64,000 nt of DNA from contig CBFFRP010000091.1 of NCBI GenBank assembly GCA_965644295.1, positions 104,345-168,344 on the forward strand, given 5' to 3'. This document shows positions 29,706-39,891 of the stretch, one piece after another. A program made the translations under genes and the position numbers. A model generated the notes under the pieces. It worked only from the letters and a program-made list of their open reading frames with translations. It was not told the DNA's origin and did not search any database. The stretch is from Paraphysomonas bandaiensis (Eukaryota > Protista > Chrysophyceae). Numbering within the stretch: position 1 is the first letter of the stretch; every line of letters begins with the position of its first letter.

Positions 29706-32700
29706 ATGTCTTCAAGACCATCATTTCACTCTACTCATAGCAGGTGCCAAGTTGCAAGAAATGGTAAGTCCCATCCATGGGGACTGCAGCTAATCAAACC
29801 ACCCAGCTGTGACACTGTAGAGGTCAGGCATATCAACAGCAATGGGGCTATATCCCAGTCACCCCTTAGTGTTGGTGATAGAATTACCTCTGTTAATGGA
29901 AGATCGCTCAGAGGGCTTAAGTTTGAAGAGATTGAAGAGATATTTAGCAGCGCAGTGTATGTCGATATCGAGTTTACATCCGATTCACACGATGATGATA
30001 ATGAGACTTACGATTTTATATTTGATGATGATGATAATGAGTCATTTTATACTCCCGTAGTCCCCAGTGAGCTCTCTTTATATTCTTCCAGTCATGAAGT
30101 AATTGACCTTGTCAGCGATGACGATGGGGTACCTGATGCGGGTACTGTTGTAGTGGCTGGAGGATCATCAAGAGGTACTGTTGATAGCTGCTCGGATGGT
30201 ATTGTAAACTTAGTGTCTGACGATGAGGATATTCCCCCTCCGACAAGGATGGCAGCTCCGGCTGGTCTTGTCCTCTCTTCCTCTCCGTGGAAAAGGCCAC
30301 ATCCTGCTAGCGCTTCTGTGTCAGCTGTACCCATGAGTGTACCACCAGGTACGATTTCTTCATCTCCACTAGCTAAGCGGCGACGTATTCCCCTGACTGA
30401 ACATTCTGGTGTTAAAGATACCACCACAGTATCGGAGAAGGTGATAAAGAGAGAAGGTGTGGGGTTTGGGTGTGCTGATATTGTAGACGAGGTTGTCGAA
30501 GTCCGGAACCCACAACTCAATCAGTCCATATCATCTGCTCCTGCACCTGCTGTAGTAGATATGGAGACCGAAGACGAATGCGTGGAGTACGTTGGTGGGA
30601 ATATGACTGTCGCATCTGATATGCCCCACCAGCGCGAGGCCTGTACGAAATATTCCTTCGTGCTGGATTTCTCACCCTCTCTCGATTCAACACGTCGCAG
30701 TGGAGCTGTAGAAGCAAACCGTTTGCACTGTAGTAAGTGCTATTGCTACTTGTGCGAAGTACCTGCAGAAGAATGTAGAGATTGGGTATGTCACTGCTGC
30801 GCCACACACAAGATAGCGTTGTGGAGGGGACTACGGGTAGCCATGAGTTCGCCGTTGCTTCGACTGCTTCCACCAGTTGCATGTATTCGAGTTTTAACGC
30901 GGATGAAAAACTCCCAGGTAAGGAGTGAAAGTATCTTTGGAGAGCCACGAGTAAATTTGGTCGAAATGAATAATGTGGTGGAGGAGGTTTGGGCGCGTGT
31001 CGCGGAACATCTACACCCAACCAGTGCAGGTAGTGATTCATCTTCCGACTGTCCATTTTTACCCGAGATTCCGAAGGAAGACTACTTGGAGGCTCTGGCG
31101 ACGTTGGTGGCAGTAATTAAGAAGTGTGCGCCGGATATCACCATGGAAAAGTTTTGTTCTGAATGCTTTCGTATACTCGCTGCTGTCGTGCTACTATCAC
31201 GGTGTTGTACTGCACCTTTCGCCCCTCCTGAATCAGTCTCTGCCAGTTGTGCAGAATTGAGTTCAATTGTACAGCGTGTTCATAGTCCCGGAACAAGGGG
31301 CCTTATATTGAATTGGATAGATGCCATACAATTCCTTGTTTCTCCTGTTATGCAAACGAATCCAAACTGGGTTTGGTGTTGTCCTTCTCACCTGAGCGAA
31401 TTAATTTCTTCTGATGCGATTGTGCCACTGGCCTGTACCATCTACGATGCTTTGGTGGATGTGAATGCATGTGGGCTGACCAGACTAGAGTTTTCTAAAA
31501 TTAATGCGACTAGGGGGACAAGTGTGCGTGTGAAATGCTTCCTCTCATTTGTTTCAGAGTTGAATATTTCGTTGGCATCTGAGTGCATCATGACTGTGGG
31601 ATACTTCAATCAGCTTAATGTATATATTTTCCGGGAAGGGCTAGATAAACTTAACCTGCTTCATCTGTGCGTATTGATGTCTCTGATACAAGATGATAGC
31701 TTCGACTTTGATTATAAACCCAATTTCATATTGATGGTGTCAAATTACATTCTCATTAGGACCCCTCGCCACGAACTGCAGGATTTCCTTCGACTGCGGA
31801 ATGGCGGGACGACCCTAGGTGGAGAGATGATGGACACACAGGCAATTCTAAATAAATTTGACAAGCAGTACTTGACCCGCCCTTCCGAATGGGTGAAGCT
31901 CTACTCTGATACTACGAAGTTGGCCGACGATTCTATTTTACATTTGGCCATGGCGCTTGTGTTGAACTCTCCAGCATTTTGCCATAAAAGGCTAAAACAG
32001 GTCGAGGGGGGCACCCCTGATATGTTTGATCAAATCTTATTTGACCTAGGTCGTGTGCTGCCGCATGGAAATGCGGAGCTGCACTTGGTAATAGCTTATT
32101 TTATCATTGCTCATGGAAATCTCGGAGAAGAAATTAGTGAGTCAATTAGAGCTGTGGCGATAAGAATGGCAATTCACGTTGTTATAAGTCGCCTGCTTTA
32201 TTTTCAATTGAGCGTTCATGAGGTTGAGGTGATATTTCGTAATTTACCTAAAGAACTGTACACGAAACTATGTCTTAATCGAATCCCCGCTGAGAACTAC
32301 CCGCCTCTACGCCCTGTCGGCGAGAGTGTCGAGTTTTCACAAAAAGATAAATCCTACGATGATCCAGGTATTCTTAAACCCGATATATGCGAACGTTTTT
32401 GTCGCAAACTTGGGGTGGTATCGAGGCTGCTCTCGTCAAACCCCGAACTTAAACGAGATGGGTTTGCGAAACTGTTTCAAGTGGCGTGGTGTTGTTTTGT
32501 TTCTCACGGGGCTGCTCTCATTCGATCCGGTAGTAGGGCATGTTGTAAAAACGTATTGCGCATTCTACGGATTGTGTCTGATTTGGAGAAGGAATTCGGT
32601 AGTGATCTTGAGGCTCTGCCAAAAGGTATATCCGAACTGCTGATTGTGGCACGGCTACAAGGGACTCGCGAGAAGGCTGAATCTGATGTTTTCACCCCTG

Positions 32701-35700
32701 AGGCAGCGAGAGGGATTAGGGTAGCGCTTCAAGCTAGTGAGCATATACCCAATGGCAATGTATCCAAATTATGGAGCAGCAGTGGCGAATGTAGATGGGG
32801 ATTTTGGCAGCGGCTACTGCTAGAGATGTATATAGACATGAACCCTCTGTCGCGGATAATCATGGAGGATTGGTCATTCATGTATCGTCCTGTTTGTAAT
32901 GCTGTTTCTCTAGTAACTTCTTTTGTCTCCTCTTTTCCAACTGATATTGCATCGAGCCGAGAACATTGTGAGCATATTTGGTTTCCTATAATAAAATGTT
33001 TTAAGCAAAGCGATAATAGCGGTCTTCTCGTAGCATTGGATCGTGTCTGTGAAGCATCTCGCCCCACTGCTCTTGACACGATGATATATTTCTACGAGGA
33101 GGCCATGATCGATATTTTAATTGCGTCGCAGTCTCCATGTATGTTTAGAGTTGTAAGGCGTTGTCTTCGCAATTGTTCGGAACCCAAGCATCCCTTGCAC
33201 TCTCAACACTCACATATGCAGGCCCTTTGGACCAACGCCGTGGAAAAAGTGCAAACTATGTTACTCACTGGCTCGAGTAAGGGGAATGAAGCCTTCAGAC
33301 GCGTGCGTCTGGCGGCAATTCTCGGAAATAATTTCTTGATGTCACAGATGCTGAAGTGTGCCCTTCCGAATCATTCTGATGAATCGGCCAAGTTTGATAA
33401 CACACACATTAGGCTGCTAGTTGACCTACTCAAGACAGCAGACAGCGCTCAAGATGTAGTATTCGTAAGCCATCATATCATTGACTGGGTGCGTCGTCTT
33501 GTCTCTCCTATGAGAGAAATGATTAGCAATGCGCAAGTTGTTATACCTGACACTCTGTCACTCTTAGAGTCAAATAAACACATAGTAGTGGAAATTCTAG
33601 CTTTACTACAGCCGTCACGTGACTCTGTCATTGCGTGTTTAAAGAATATGCGGAATGTACAATACGACGAAGAAACGTATGCTGTTGTGATGACACATAT
33701 GAAGCGTACTTATGTCGATGGCGTAATGGAGCCTAGGGATTATCTCTATATGTGCAAGGAGTTCTTCGATTGTGAAGAAATGAACGATTTCTTCAGTCTT
33801 CTTTTGTTTAAGAACCAAGACCCTCTCTGTGATGAAGGATTTCTAAAGGAGTGTTTCTCAGTGGTGGCCGAATGCTCAGTCCATGCGCACTCCTACGTAA
33901 AAGCAATATTAACACTTCAGTGGATTGCTGCGCTCGCGATATCCATGTCTGAATACGATAATGCTTTCCGCCAGTCGCTATTTGAAGGTATAAGTGGCCT
34001 TAATTGGGACTTCTTGCACGCTGGAATTGATCTTGATGAAAAGCTCGTGTATTTGCGCTGTATAGCCTCTGCACAAGGCACTCTACTGAAACCACATGCA
34101 TCCTACCTGGTTTTAGTACTTCTCTCTCAACCTTCAGTTGGGAATTTTACCGCCCTCGCTTATCATGACATTACGGCTGAAACGAGAAGAAAACTGTTGC
34201 TATCTACCTTTAACGAATCGTGTCCAGATACGTATGTGCAGCTGGCTGCAAATGCAAGAGAGTTCGCGCACCTTTTCTCTTCCCTCCGTAGGCTCTGCGT
34301 TGATGTGGAGAGCGCCAAGCGATGCATACAGTTGGCTAAGCCTGTTCTTGTGGATTGTATGACGAGACCGATTACGTCCCAGTGGTTCATCTCTGGTGGG
34401 TGTCTGACGGAGGCCATACCTTGGCTTGTTCGTCTGAAGGCTCTCTCCGACACTATGCGTGACCACCCAGGAAACGAAGAGCTGAAATCTGATTTTGAGG
34501 ATTTGCTTAAAACTACCTGTAGGCAGGCTCCTCTCTGTGTCGAGCGCTTAATGAACTGCGTGGCGGCATTTCGAGCGAATAACATTAGCAATTTTATTGA
34601 CTCTCTGCATTCATTACCTGCTGGTGAAAATGGGCCAGTTAACGTATTCGAGTCTGTAACGAAGCTGTGTGAATGCATCGCATTTGAAGAATGGAGTTTC
34701 ACGGAGAGGATACTGAAGTTTGTCGAATTTTCGCAAATGAGCGTGATGATTAGCGAGCCTTTTTGTCGTCAGTGCGATTGCTTTTGCAGGGTGTTGTGCT
34801 ACAAACAGACATGGCATGATTTTGCTGACACGGTATTAAAGTCTTCTATATTGGACAGTGTGTGTAGTATTGCGAAAGGAATGAAATTCGACCCTACGAA
34901 ATATGAGTCAGAGTTATCTCGATTTCTTCCCCTAGTGGACTATGTTGTCAACAATGAAGTGTGGGCGGCAGAATCAATGGTTCCATATCTGAGGAGATGT
35001 ATAGAATATTTCTCCGCTATTGTTTATATTGGCGGAACGTCTTCATCTGATTACTATAAAGTTAACATCTGGGCGAGACTGGTAAATGCTGTAAATGAAA
35101 AAGCGAGAAAAAAAGTTGAACACCTCCAACTTCTCTGCGCTGTTGCTCACAATCGTAGCATTGGTGGATACATTCTAAAGTATTCTGACTTTTCGAAGGC
35201 AGCTGCATGTGCGCAGAGCTGTCATCAACTCGAGCTGTGGTTAGAGAGCTTTGGGAAAGTTATGAAACCAAGGAACGCAGTAGAAAGTAACCATGTGTTG
35301 TCATTCCTTTTTGCCTTTCCGAAAGTCGGTGAATTTGATGGGAGAGATCAGCTCTGGGACAGTCTTTTTAATGACGTCAGAAACACCCTAGATAGCTCTA
35401 AATTTGGTGCTATACATGCTATATGCGCTCTCGGAATTACCCAAAATTTGATTGAAAGAAAGGAGCTGGAAGCAGCCATCGCATCTGCTATTGGCTCTGC
35501 CGATGTGCTAAAGGACTACAAGGAAATCTTCCCATTGCTAGAGCAGCTTCTCGGGTTGGGACAAATTGGTGTGGATAAAGTCAACTTAACCGTGTTGACG
35601 GCTGTGAGGTCGCTTGTTAGCGAGAGGGTGCATGAAGCCAAACGACAACTATTTGGGCGGTTCATTCGTGAAATTAGATGTGCGTATTTGAAGCACGGTC

Positions 35701-35798
35701 GTCAAGTTGATTGGAAAGGCGTGTATGCCGAGGGTATCAGGTTACTGCAACCGAAAAAGAAGGTGCAAGAGGTACTTAAAAAAGAAGGTAGTTTATAG
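29706..35798 (+). CDS. 2030-aa intronless protein: PDZ, SIM-like motifs, Cys/His-rich (RIN13-like) domain, long helical region
   Basis: Single 6.1-kb ORF. PDZ motif PWGLQL...LSVGDRITSVNG. VIDLVSDDD and IVNLVSDDED. DMPHQREAC...HCSKCYCYLCEVPAEEC.DW..HCCA. Confidence 0.85.
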   Translation: MSSRPSFHSTHSRCQVARNGKSHPWGLQLIKPPSCDTVEVRHINSNGAISQSPLSVGDRITSVNGRSLRGLKFEEIEEIFSSAVYVDIEFTSDSHDDDNETYDFIFDDDDNESFYTPVVPSELSLYSSSHEVIDLVSDDDGVPDAGTVVVAGGSSRGTVDSCSDGIVNLVSDDEDIPPPTRMAAPAGLVLSSSPWKRPHPASASVSAVPMSVPPGTISSSPLAKRRRIPLTEHSGVKDTTTVSEKVIKREGVGFGCADIVDEVVEVRNPQLNQSISSAPAPAVVDMETEDECVEYVGGNMTVASDMPHQREACTKYSFVLDFSPSLDSTRRSGAVEANRLHCSKCYCYLCEVPAEECRDWVCHCCATHKIALWRGLRVAMSSPLLRLLPPVACIRVLTRMKNSQVRSESIFGEPRVNLVEMNNVVEEVWARVAEHLHPTSAGSDSSSDCPFLPEIPKEDYLEALATLVAVIKKCAPDITMEKFCSECFRILAAVVLLSRCCTAPFAPPESVSASCAELSSIVQRVHSPGTRGLILNWIDAIQFLVSPVMQTNPNWVWCCPSHLSELISSDAIVPLACTIYDALVDVNACGLTRLEFSKINATRGTSVRVKCFLSFVSELNISLASECIMTVGYFNQLNVYIFREGLDKLNLLHLCVLMSLIQDDSFDFDYKPNFILMVSNYILIRTPRHELQDFLRLRNGGTTLGGEMMDTQAILNKFDKQYLTRPSEWVKLYSDTTKLADDSILHLAMALVLNSPAFCHKRLKQVEGGTPDMFDQILFDLGRVLPHGNAELHLVIAYFIIAHGNLGEEISESIRAVAIRMAIHVVISRLLYFQLSVHEVEVIFRNLPKELYTKLCLNRIPAENYPPLRPVGESVEFSQKDKSYDDPGILKPDICERFCRKLGVVSRLLSSNPELKRDGFAKLFQVAWCCFVSHGAALIRSGSRACCKNVLRILRIVSDLEKEFGSDLEALPKGISELLIVARLQGTREKAESDVFTPEAARGIRVALQASEHIPNGNVSKLWSSSGECRWGFWQRLLLEMYIDMNPLSRIIMEDWSFMYRPVCNAVSLVTSFVSSFPTDIASSREHCEHIWFPIIKCFKQSDNSGLLVALDRVCEASRPTALDTMIYFYEEAMIDILIASQSPCMFRVVRRCLRNCSEPKHPLHSQHSHMQALWTNAVEKVQTMLLTGSSKGNEAFRRVRLAAILGNNFLMSQMLKCALPNHSDESAKFDNTHIRLLVDLLKTADSAQDVVFVSHHIIDWVRRLVSPMREMISNAQVVIPDTLSLLESNKHIVVEILALLQPSRDSVIACLKNMRNVQYDEETYAVVMTHMKRTYVDGVMEPRDYLYMCKEFFDCEEMNDFFSLLLFKNQDPLCDEGFLKECFSVVAECSVHAHSYVKAILTLQWIAALAISMSEYDNAFRQSLFEGISGLNWDFLHAGIDLDEKLVYLRCIASAQGTLLKPHASYLVLVLLSQPSVGNFTALAYHDITAETRRKLLLSTFNESCPDTYVQLAANAREFAHLFSSLRRLCVDVESAKRCIQLAKPVLVDCMTRPITSQWFISGGCLTEAIPWLVRLKALSDTMRDHPGNEELKSDFEDLLKTTCRQAPLCVERLMNCVAAFRANNISNFIDSLHSLPAGENGPVNVFESVTKLCECIAFEEWSFTERILKFVEFSQMSVMISEPFCRQCDCFCRVLCYKQTWHDFADTVLKSSILDSVCSIAKGMKFDPTKYESELSRFLPLVDYVVNNEVWAAESMVPYLRRCIEYFSAIVYIGGTSSSDYYKVNIWARLVNAVNEKARKKVEHLQLLCAVAHNRSIGGYILKYSDFSKAAACAQSCHQLELWLESFGKVMKPRNAVESNHVLSFLFAFPKVGEFDGRDQLWDSLFNDVRNTLDSSKFGAIHAICALGITQNLIERKELEAAIASAIGSADVLKDYKEIFPLLEQLLGLGQIGVDKVNLTVLTAVRSLVSERVHEAKRQLFGRFIREIRCAYLKHGRQVDWKGVYAEGIRLLQPKKKVQEVLKKEGSL

Positions 35799-36043
35799 CG
35801 TTGTTTATACGAACTAGTTGTATATATGGTATCGTTATCGAAGGATATTTTTTAGCTGCTATATATTCGTTGTTTGCGTATATATATCTGGCATTAACCA
35901 TAACATTTCGTTGAGATATAGTTTGCATTCTTCTTGAAGAACTATACTTTGCATGACTAAAGTATACATGTACATACGTTGTCTTTCAAACAACAGTAAA
36001 ATATGTAGTAGTGTAAGAATAGTATATTATATACTATATACAA

Positions 36044-36534
36044 CCCTCAACAAAGTCGGACTCGCACCTTTTCGTGGTGTTCTGGGAGATAAGTACCGGA
36101 GAGATTCTCTCTGGGAAACTAACGTGAGTCGCAAACATAGTCAGCAGATATTCTTCTGCCCACTCATAGCCGAATGCTTGTGTGGTACAAGGGACACCAA
36201 TAAGTGTTACTTGTGTAGACGTCTTTGGGCCCTGACGAATAAACAGGCATCCACCTCAAGAAGGGCATCCGGGACAGGGCCCACCTGAAGGGTAACCGGG
36301 GTATTGGGCTGCCTGCTGAAGTCAAGCATCCGGGATGTTCACCTTAAGAACTCAGAGCGGAAGTGGTCGCACCTTGGTGATTGCGGCGACGCACAAACAG
36401 CTTCCGTAGCGTTAAATAGTAGGATAAAAAAGTGTGTACTGAATACTTACAGATAGAGGTCTAACTAGTTTGTCTAGCATTCATCTAGCGGTGCAGGCTT
36501 TTAACGCCTATTGCTAATAATAAGACTTCCAATA
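36044..36534 (+). mobile_element. Family-1 repeat, copy D (both ends present)
   Basis: Starts ccctcaacaaagtcggactcgcac and ends aacgcctattgctaataataagacttccaata. Confidence 0.9.
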
Positions 36535-36633
36535 TATGTATTGTATACAAAATGTTTGTCCCTTCATTGTTGAAACAGATGTATTACTGCGACAACTTTA
36601 AAATTATATCAATGTTAGCTATTATCAGATTAT

Positions 36634-37034
36634 CAGGGTTCGCAATACTATAGATGGAGGTTTCGAAGCCGGTCCAACAATGCTATTGCAATATAGTAGT
36701 ATCATTGATCAGAAAGTAAACACATCAGTATATTCCATTTTTAATACTAGTCATTAAGATCACTTGAAAACCAAACCCATTTCGCTGGCTAATTGCAATT
36801 TTCTTCGTCTTCTGGCTCTCATCATCGGTGGCGACAGCAGCACCATATATATTCATTCAAATTAATTGAAATATGTATGCATCCGGCCACAACTGTCGAT
36901 TTCCTTTCAGAAATAAAATCGTATTAAGTGTAGTGGCAATGTATCAACACTGATAACATAAGTTTTGGTGCGCTGCACAGGCGTTCATATGTATTTGAAG
37001 TAATACAACATGACTCGTGCACCTATACTTTTTG
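36634..37034 (-). mobile_element. Truncated hAT element, abutting family-1 copy E
   Basis: Starts caggg and is collinear with about 42405-42900, including the dimerisation-domain remnant. Confidence 0.8.
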
Positions 37035-37506
37035 AGTAGCGAATGACTTATTACTAGCAATAGGCAATTAGTAGTCAGTGCTTAACTCTGATATTATACT
37101 ATTTAATGCAGTAGTGAATGTCTGATGACTGGCTATCGGCGTGTCAGAATTTAACTAACAAGTGCTTAACTCTGATATTATCCTACTATTTGGGCCTATG
37201 AAAGCTGCTTGTGCGTCACTGCAAGCGCCAAGGTCCTTATAAGACGAAGAGCCCGGATGTGTGACTTCAGTTGGCAGCCCAATACTCCAGGCTCCCTTGA
37301 GGTGGGACCATTCTCGGATGCCTATTTATTCGTCAAGGCCCAAAGACGTCTACTATACACAAGTGACACTCATTAGTTAGTAGTGTCACTTGTACCACAC
37401 AAGCATTTGGTTATGAGTGAGCAGAATAATATCTGCAGACTATACATGAATGCGGCTCACATAAGTTTCCCGGGTATCTCCTGTACTTATCCCCCAGAAC
37501 ACCACG
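37035..37506 (-). mobile_element. Family-1 repeat, copy E, with tandemly repeated 3' end
   Basis: Reverse-complement homology to copy D. agtgcttaactctgatattat and the terminal gtag(t/c)gaatg each occur twice. Confidence 0.85.
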
Positions 37507-37905
37507 TTGTAATATTTTTGATTAATACCATAAACTACAGTCAATAATTATTTACGGAGTTCTCGTATAACACATTTTTGATATATATTTTGACTTTATA
37601 GTACAAACATTGAACTACCGCGACAAGGTTCTGTTGAAGAAATAATGGCGTTTGTGATTTGAAAACAGAGTGATACAATTGTGTTCTTTTGAGTTAATGT
37701 GACGTGCTATTGTAAGTATTCAATCTGTCTGATGCACATACAATTAAAAAATGGGTAATCGTTAGCATATATTTTGTATTTCAATACAAAGCTACAAACT
37801 TATCAAAAATAATAAATATTATGTATTTAAATTTTAAATTCATATTGAATTGATCATCTGGAAGTAGTTTTAAACAACTTGGGATTTTCTCCATAAATTT
37901 GGAAG

Positions 37906-38043
37906 TGACCAAATGGGAAGTTCGGGAATGTTTAATGAAGATCTGTATTATAGATATGTTGAAAGTTGAGACGGCGCTGCATTTAGGTGCTATTGTGATT
38001 GCTCGGTTGTGACATGTATATTCACACGTCACTTTTATAGGCC
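37906..38043 (+). pseudogene. Duplicated fragment of the uL23m gene (part of exon 2 plus intron 2)
   Basis: Ungapped by-eye alignment to 41485-41623, including the intron gtgct...ttttatag. Confidence 0.9.
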
Positions 38044-38386
38044 TATATAGTGATGGCGCTCCTACAGAGCAAATTGTTGAATTATTGCGACGAAATGATG
38101 AGGGTGGTACCGTGTATTAGAATATGGATCTTATTCTAGTATATTCAGTATGCAACTTGAAGACAATATACGAGAATACAGTGAAATATAGTGATGTACA
38201 AATGCTATGATGATATTGAGAAACTGAAATAGTTTTATCTTTCAAGATATGTTCAGTAACGAGAGGTTCGCATATGTAGGATATTATGCGTAGATTAAAA
38301 TGAGTTAGTGTTAAATAATTCTCTGCCCTACGATGGCAAATACAGTCCAACATAAAGTTTCACTCTATTAACCAGCTCCAAGCCCA

Positions 38387-39847
38387 ATGTCTCTATTGAG
38401 ACTGTGGCTGAGTCACATCAGTGTGCCCAGGGCCTTTTACACTCCCTTACTGCTGCATTTTGTTGACCACCACGCTTCCGACAAATTACCTGTCACACCA
38501 TGTTGTACACGCTCCAAGCCCCCCTGCCTGGCCTTGCAACCTTCACCCTACTCAACTACTTCAGTTAAACCACGTGCCTGCACCAATGCAGCGCTGACCG
38601 CACCTACGTGCTATCCCCTCAGCAGACAACTTCGTCTCACCCATCGCTTTCTACGGCTACAACCTCTCAGAACATGGCTCGTGCGAGCAGGCTCACGAAA
38701 ACGACCCCCATGGACCCCCTATGCAATCACTGAATACTCTCGATCCCTCTCAACTGTGCAACAGGGCTGCCTTCTGCCGCCCACTCAACCCAACCCAACA
38801 TGGTTTGTCTGTGGTCCATCCACCCAGCAGGCTACCCCCTCACCCTGTTCACCTATCACCCCCACAGCCCATCCATCTCATTGGATAGACACTGTATTCC
38901 GCATACGGTATACTCGACTACTGTACTACTGTGTCCTACAGGATGTATACCATTCCGTGTATACCTCTACTGCTGTTGGACACATCACCATGTCCATGTA
39001 CCTGTCTACCTGTACTGTTGGACACATCACCATGTCCATGTACCTGTCTACCTGTACTGTTGGACACATCACCATGTCCATGTACCTGTCTACCTGTACT
39101 GTTGGACACATCACCAGCTCTCTCTCACTGTCCAACACACTCATAACACCACTGCAGTGTCATACACACACACAGTACACTCTACCTCCTCCTAGAAAAC
39201 CCCCAGACAAACTATCGCCTCTCCCTTACTGGGCGTACTGGTCCACCCACTATTCCTCCTTCCTTCCACAAACTCAATTCCTTCCATCTTATGATGTGTT
39301 TTGCTCCAACGATCACTTCTTCCTGGACACCAAATACCCGGTGGAGTTGGAACTACACGCGCTACTCGAGAGAATTCCTGACCTCGTCATCATGCGTCTC
39401 CAAAATGTGTTGCAATGTCATTCCAAGGGAATGCAAGGAGTCCACCGTGCCAGGTCCATCAACCATCCCTCCCACGCCCTTCAGGGGAAGGAATTCTCCT
39501 CCGATAACAGCGGTGACGGACCCAGCAAATCCACCCACACATTACCCTTACCCACTAAGGATGCCACCACACCGTATGCAACGTTATTTGACTATTTCCC
39601 AGTCAAACGGAAGCCCAGACCTCCACAACGCCGACGGCTTCGACAACTCTATCTACACCCGCGGCCCCACAGGAGCACAGTAACACATACTGCAAACCCA
39701 ACTCCTCCTCCCAACAATCCCCACCACTCCCAACCCACACATCTGGAACTAGGTGCACTCAGGACCCTAATTCAGAATGCTGAGCCCCCTACAAAACCAA
39801 TGGAGACACATCCCAAAGGGAGACCCCCAGATCAAAAGCGCCGGTGA
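38387..39847 (+). CDS. Orphan 486-aa Pro/Thr/His-rich ORF linked to a family-1 3' end (probably element-derived)
   Basis: 1461-nt open frame on a C/A-rich strand with an in-frame 42-bp repeat and RKPPD and GRPPD motifs. The family-1 tail starts about 45 nt after the stop. Confidence 0.4.
   Translation: MSLLRLWLSHISVPRAFYTPLLLHFVDHHASDKLPVTPCCTRSKPPCLALQPSPYSTTSVKPRACTNAALTAPTCYPLSRQLRLTHRFLRLQPLRTWLVRAGSRKRPPWTPYAITEYSRSLSTVQQGCLLPPTQPNPTWFVCGPSTQQATPSPCSPITPTAHPSHWIDTVFRIRYTRLLYYCVLQDVYHSVYTSTAVGHITMSMYLSTCTVGHITMSMYLSTCTVGHITMSMYLSTCTVGHITSSLSLSNTLITPLQCHTHTQYTLPPPRKPPDKLSPLPYWAYWSTHYSSFLPQTQFLPSYDVFCSNDHFFLDTKYPVELELHALLERIPDLVIMRLQNVLQCHSKGMQGVHRARSINHPSHALQGKEFSSDNSGDGPSKSTHTLPLPTKDATTPYATLFDYFPVKRKPRPPQRRRLRQLYLHPRPHRSTVTHTANPTPPPNNPHHSQPTHLELGALRTLIQNAEPPTKPMETHPKGRPPDQKRR
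38971..39116. repeat. 42-bp tandem repeat, about 3.5 copies (TVGHITMSMYLSTC)
   Basis: Unit tactgttggacacatcaccatgtccatgtacctgtctacctg starts at 38971, 39013, 39055 and 39097. Confidence 0.97.
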
Positions 39848-39891
39848 GTCCACGGACACACGATAAAGGCGAATTTCATATCACACAAAAA

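Noticed and set aside
36225-36260. ctgacga as a hammerhead ribozyme core in family 1 (also ctgatga at about 37122)
   Set aside because: There is no properly placed GAAA or stem II, and the motif is not conserved across copies.
36044-36534. Family 1 as a Fanzor/IscB omega-RNA or a group I/II intron
   Set aside because: No RuvC or HNH ORF is in the window, and I could not find domain V or P7 motifs.
38971-39116. Possible CRISPR-like array
   Set aside because: The 42-bp units are contiguous with no unique spacers, and there are no cas genes.
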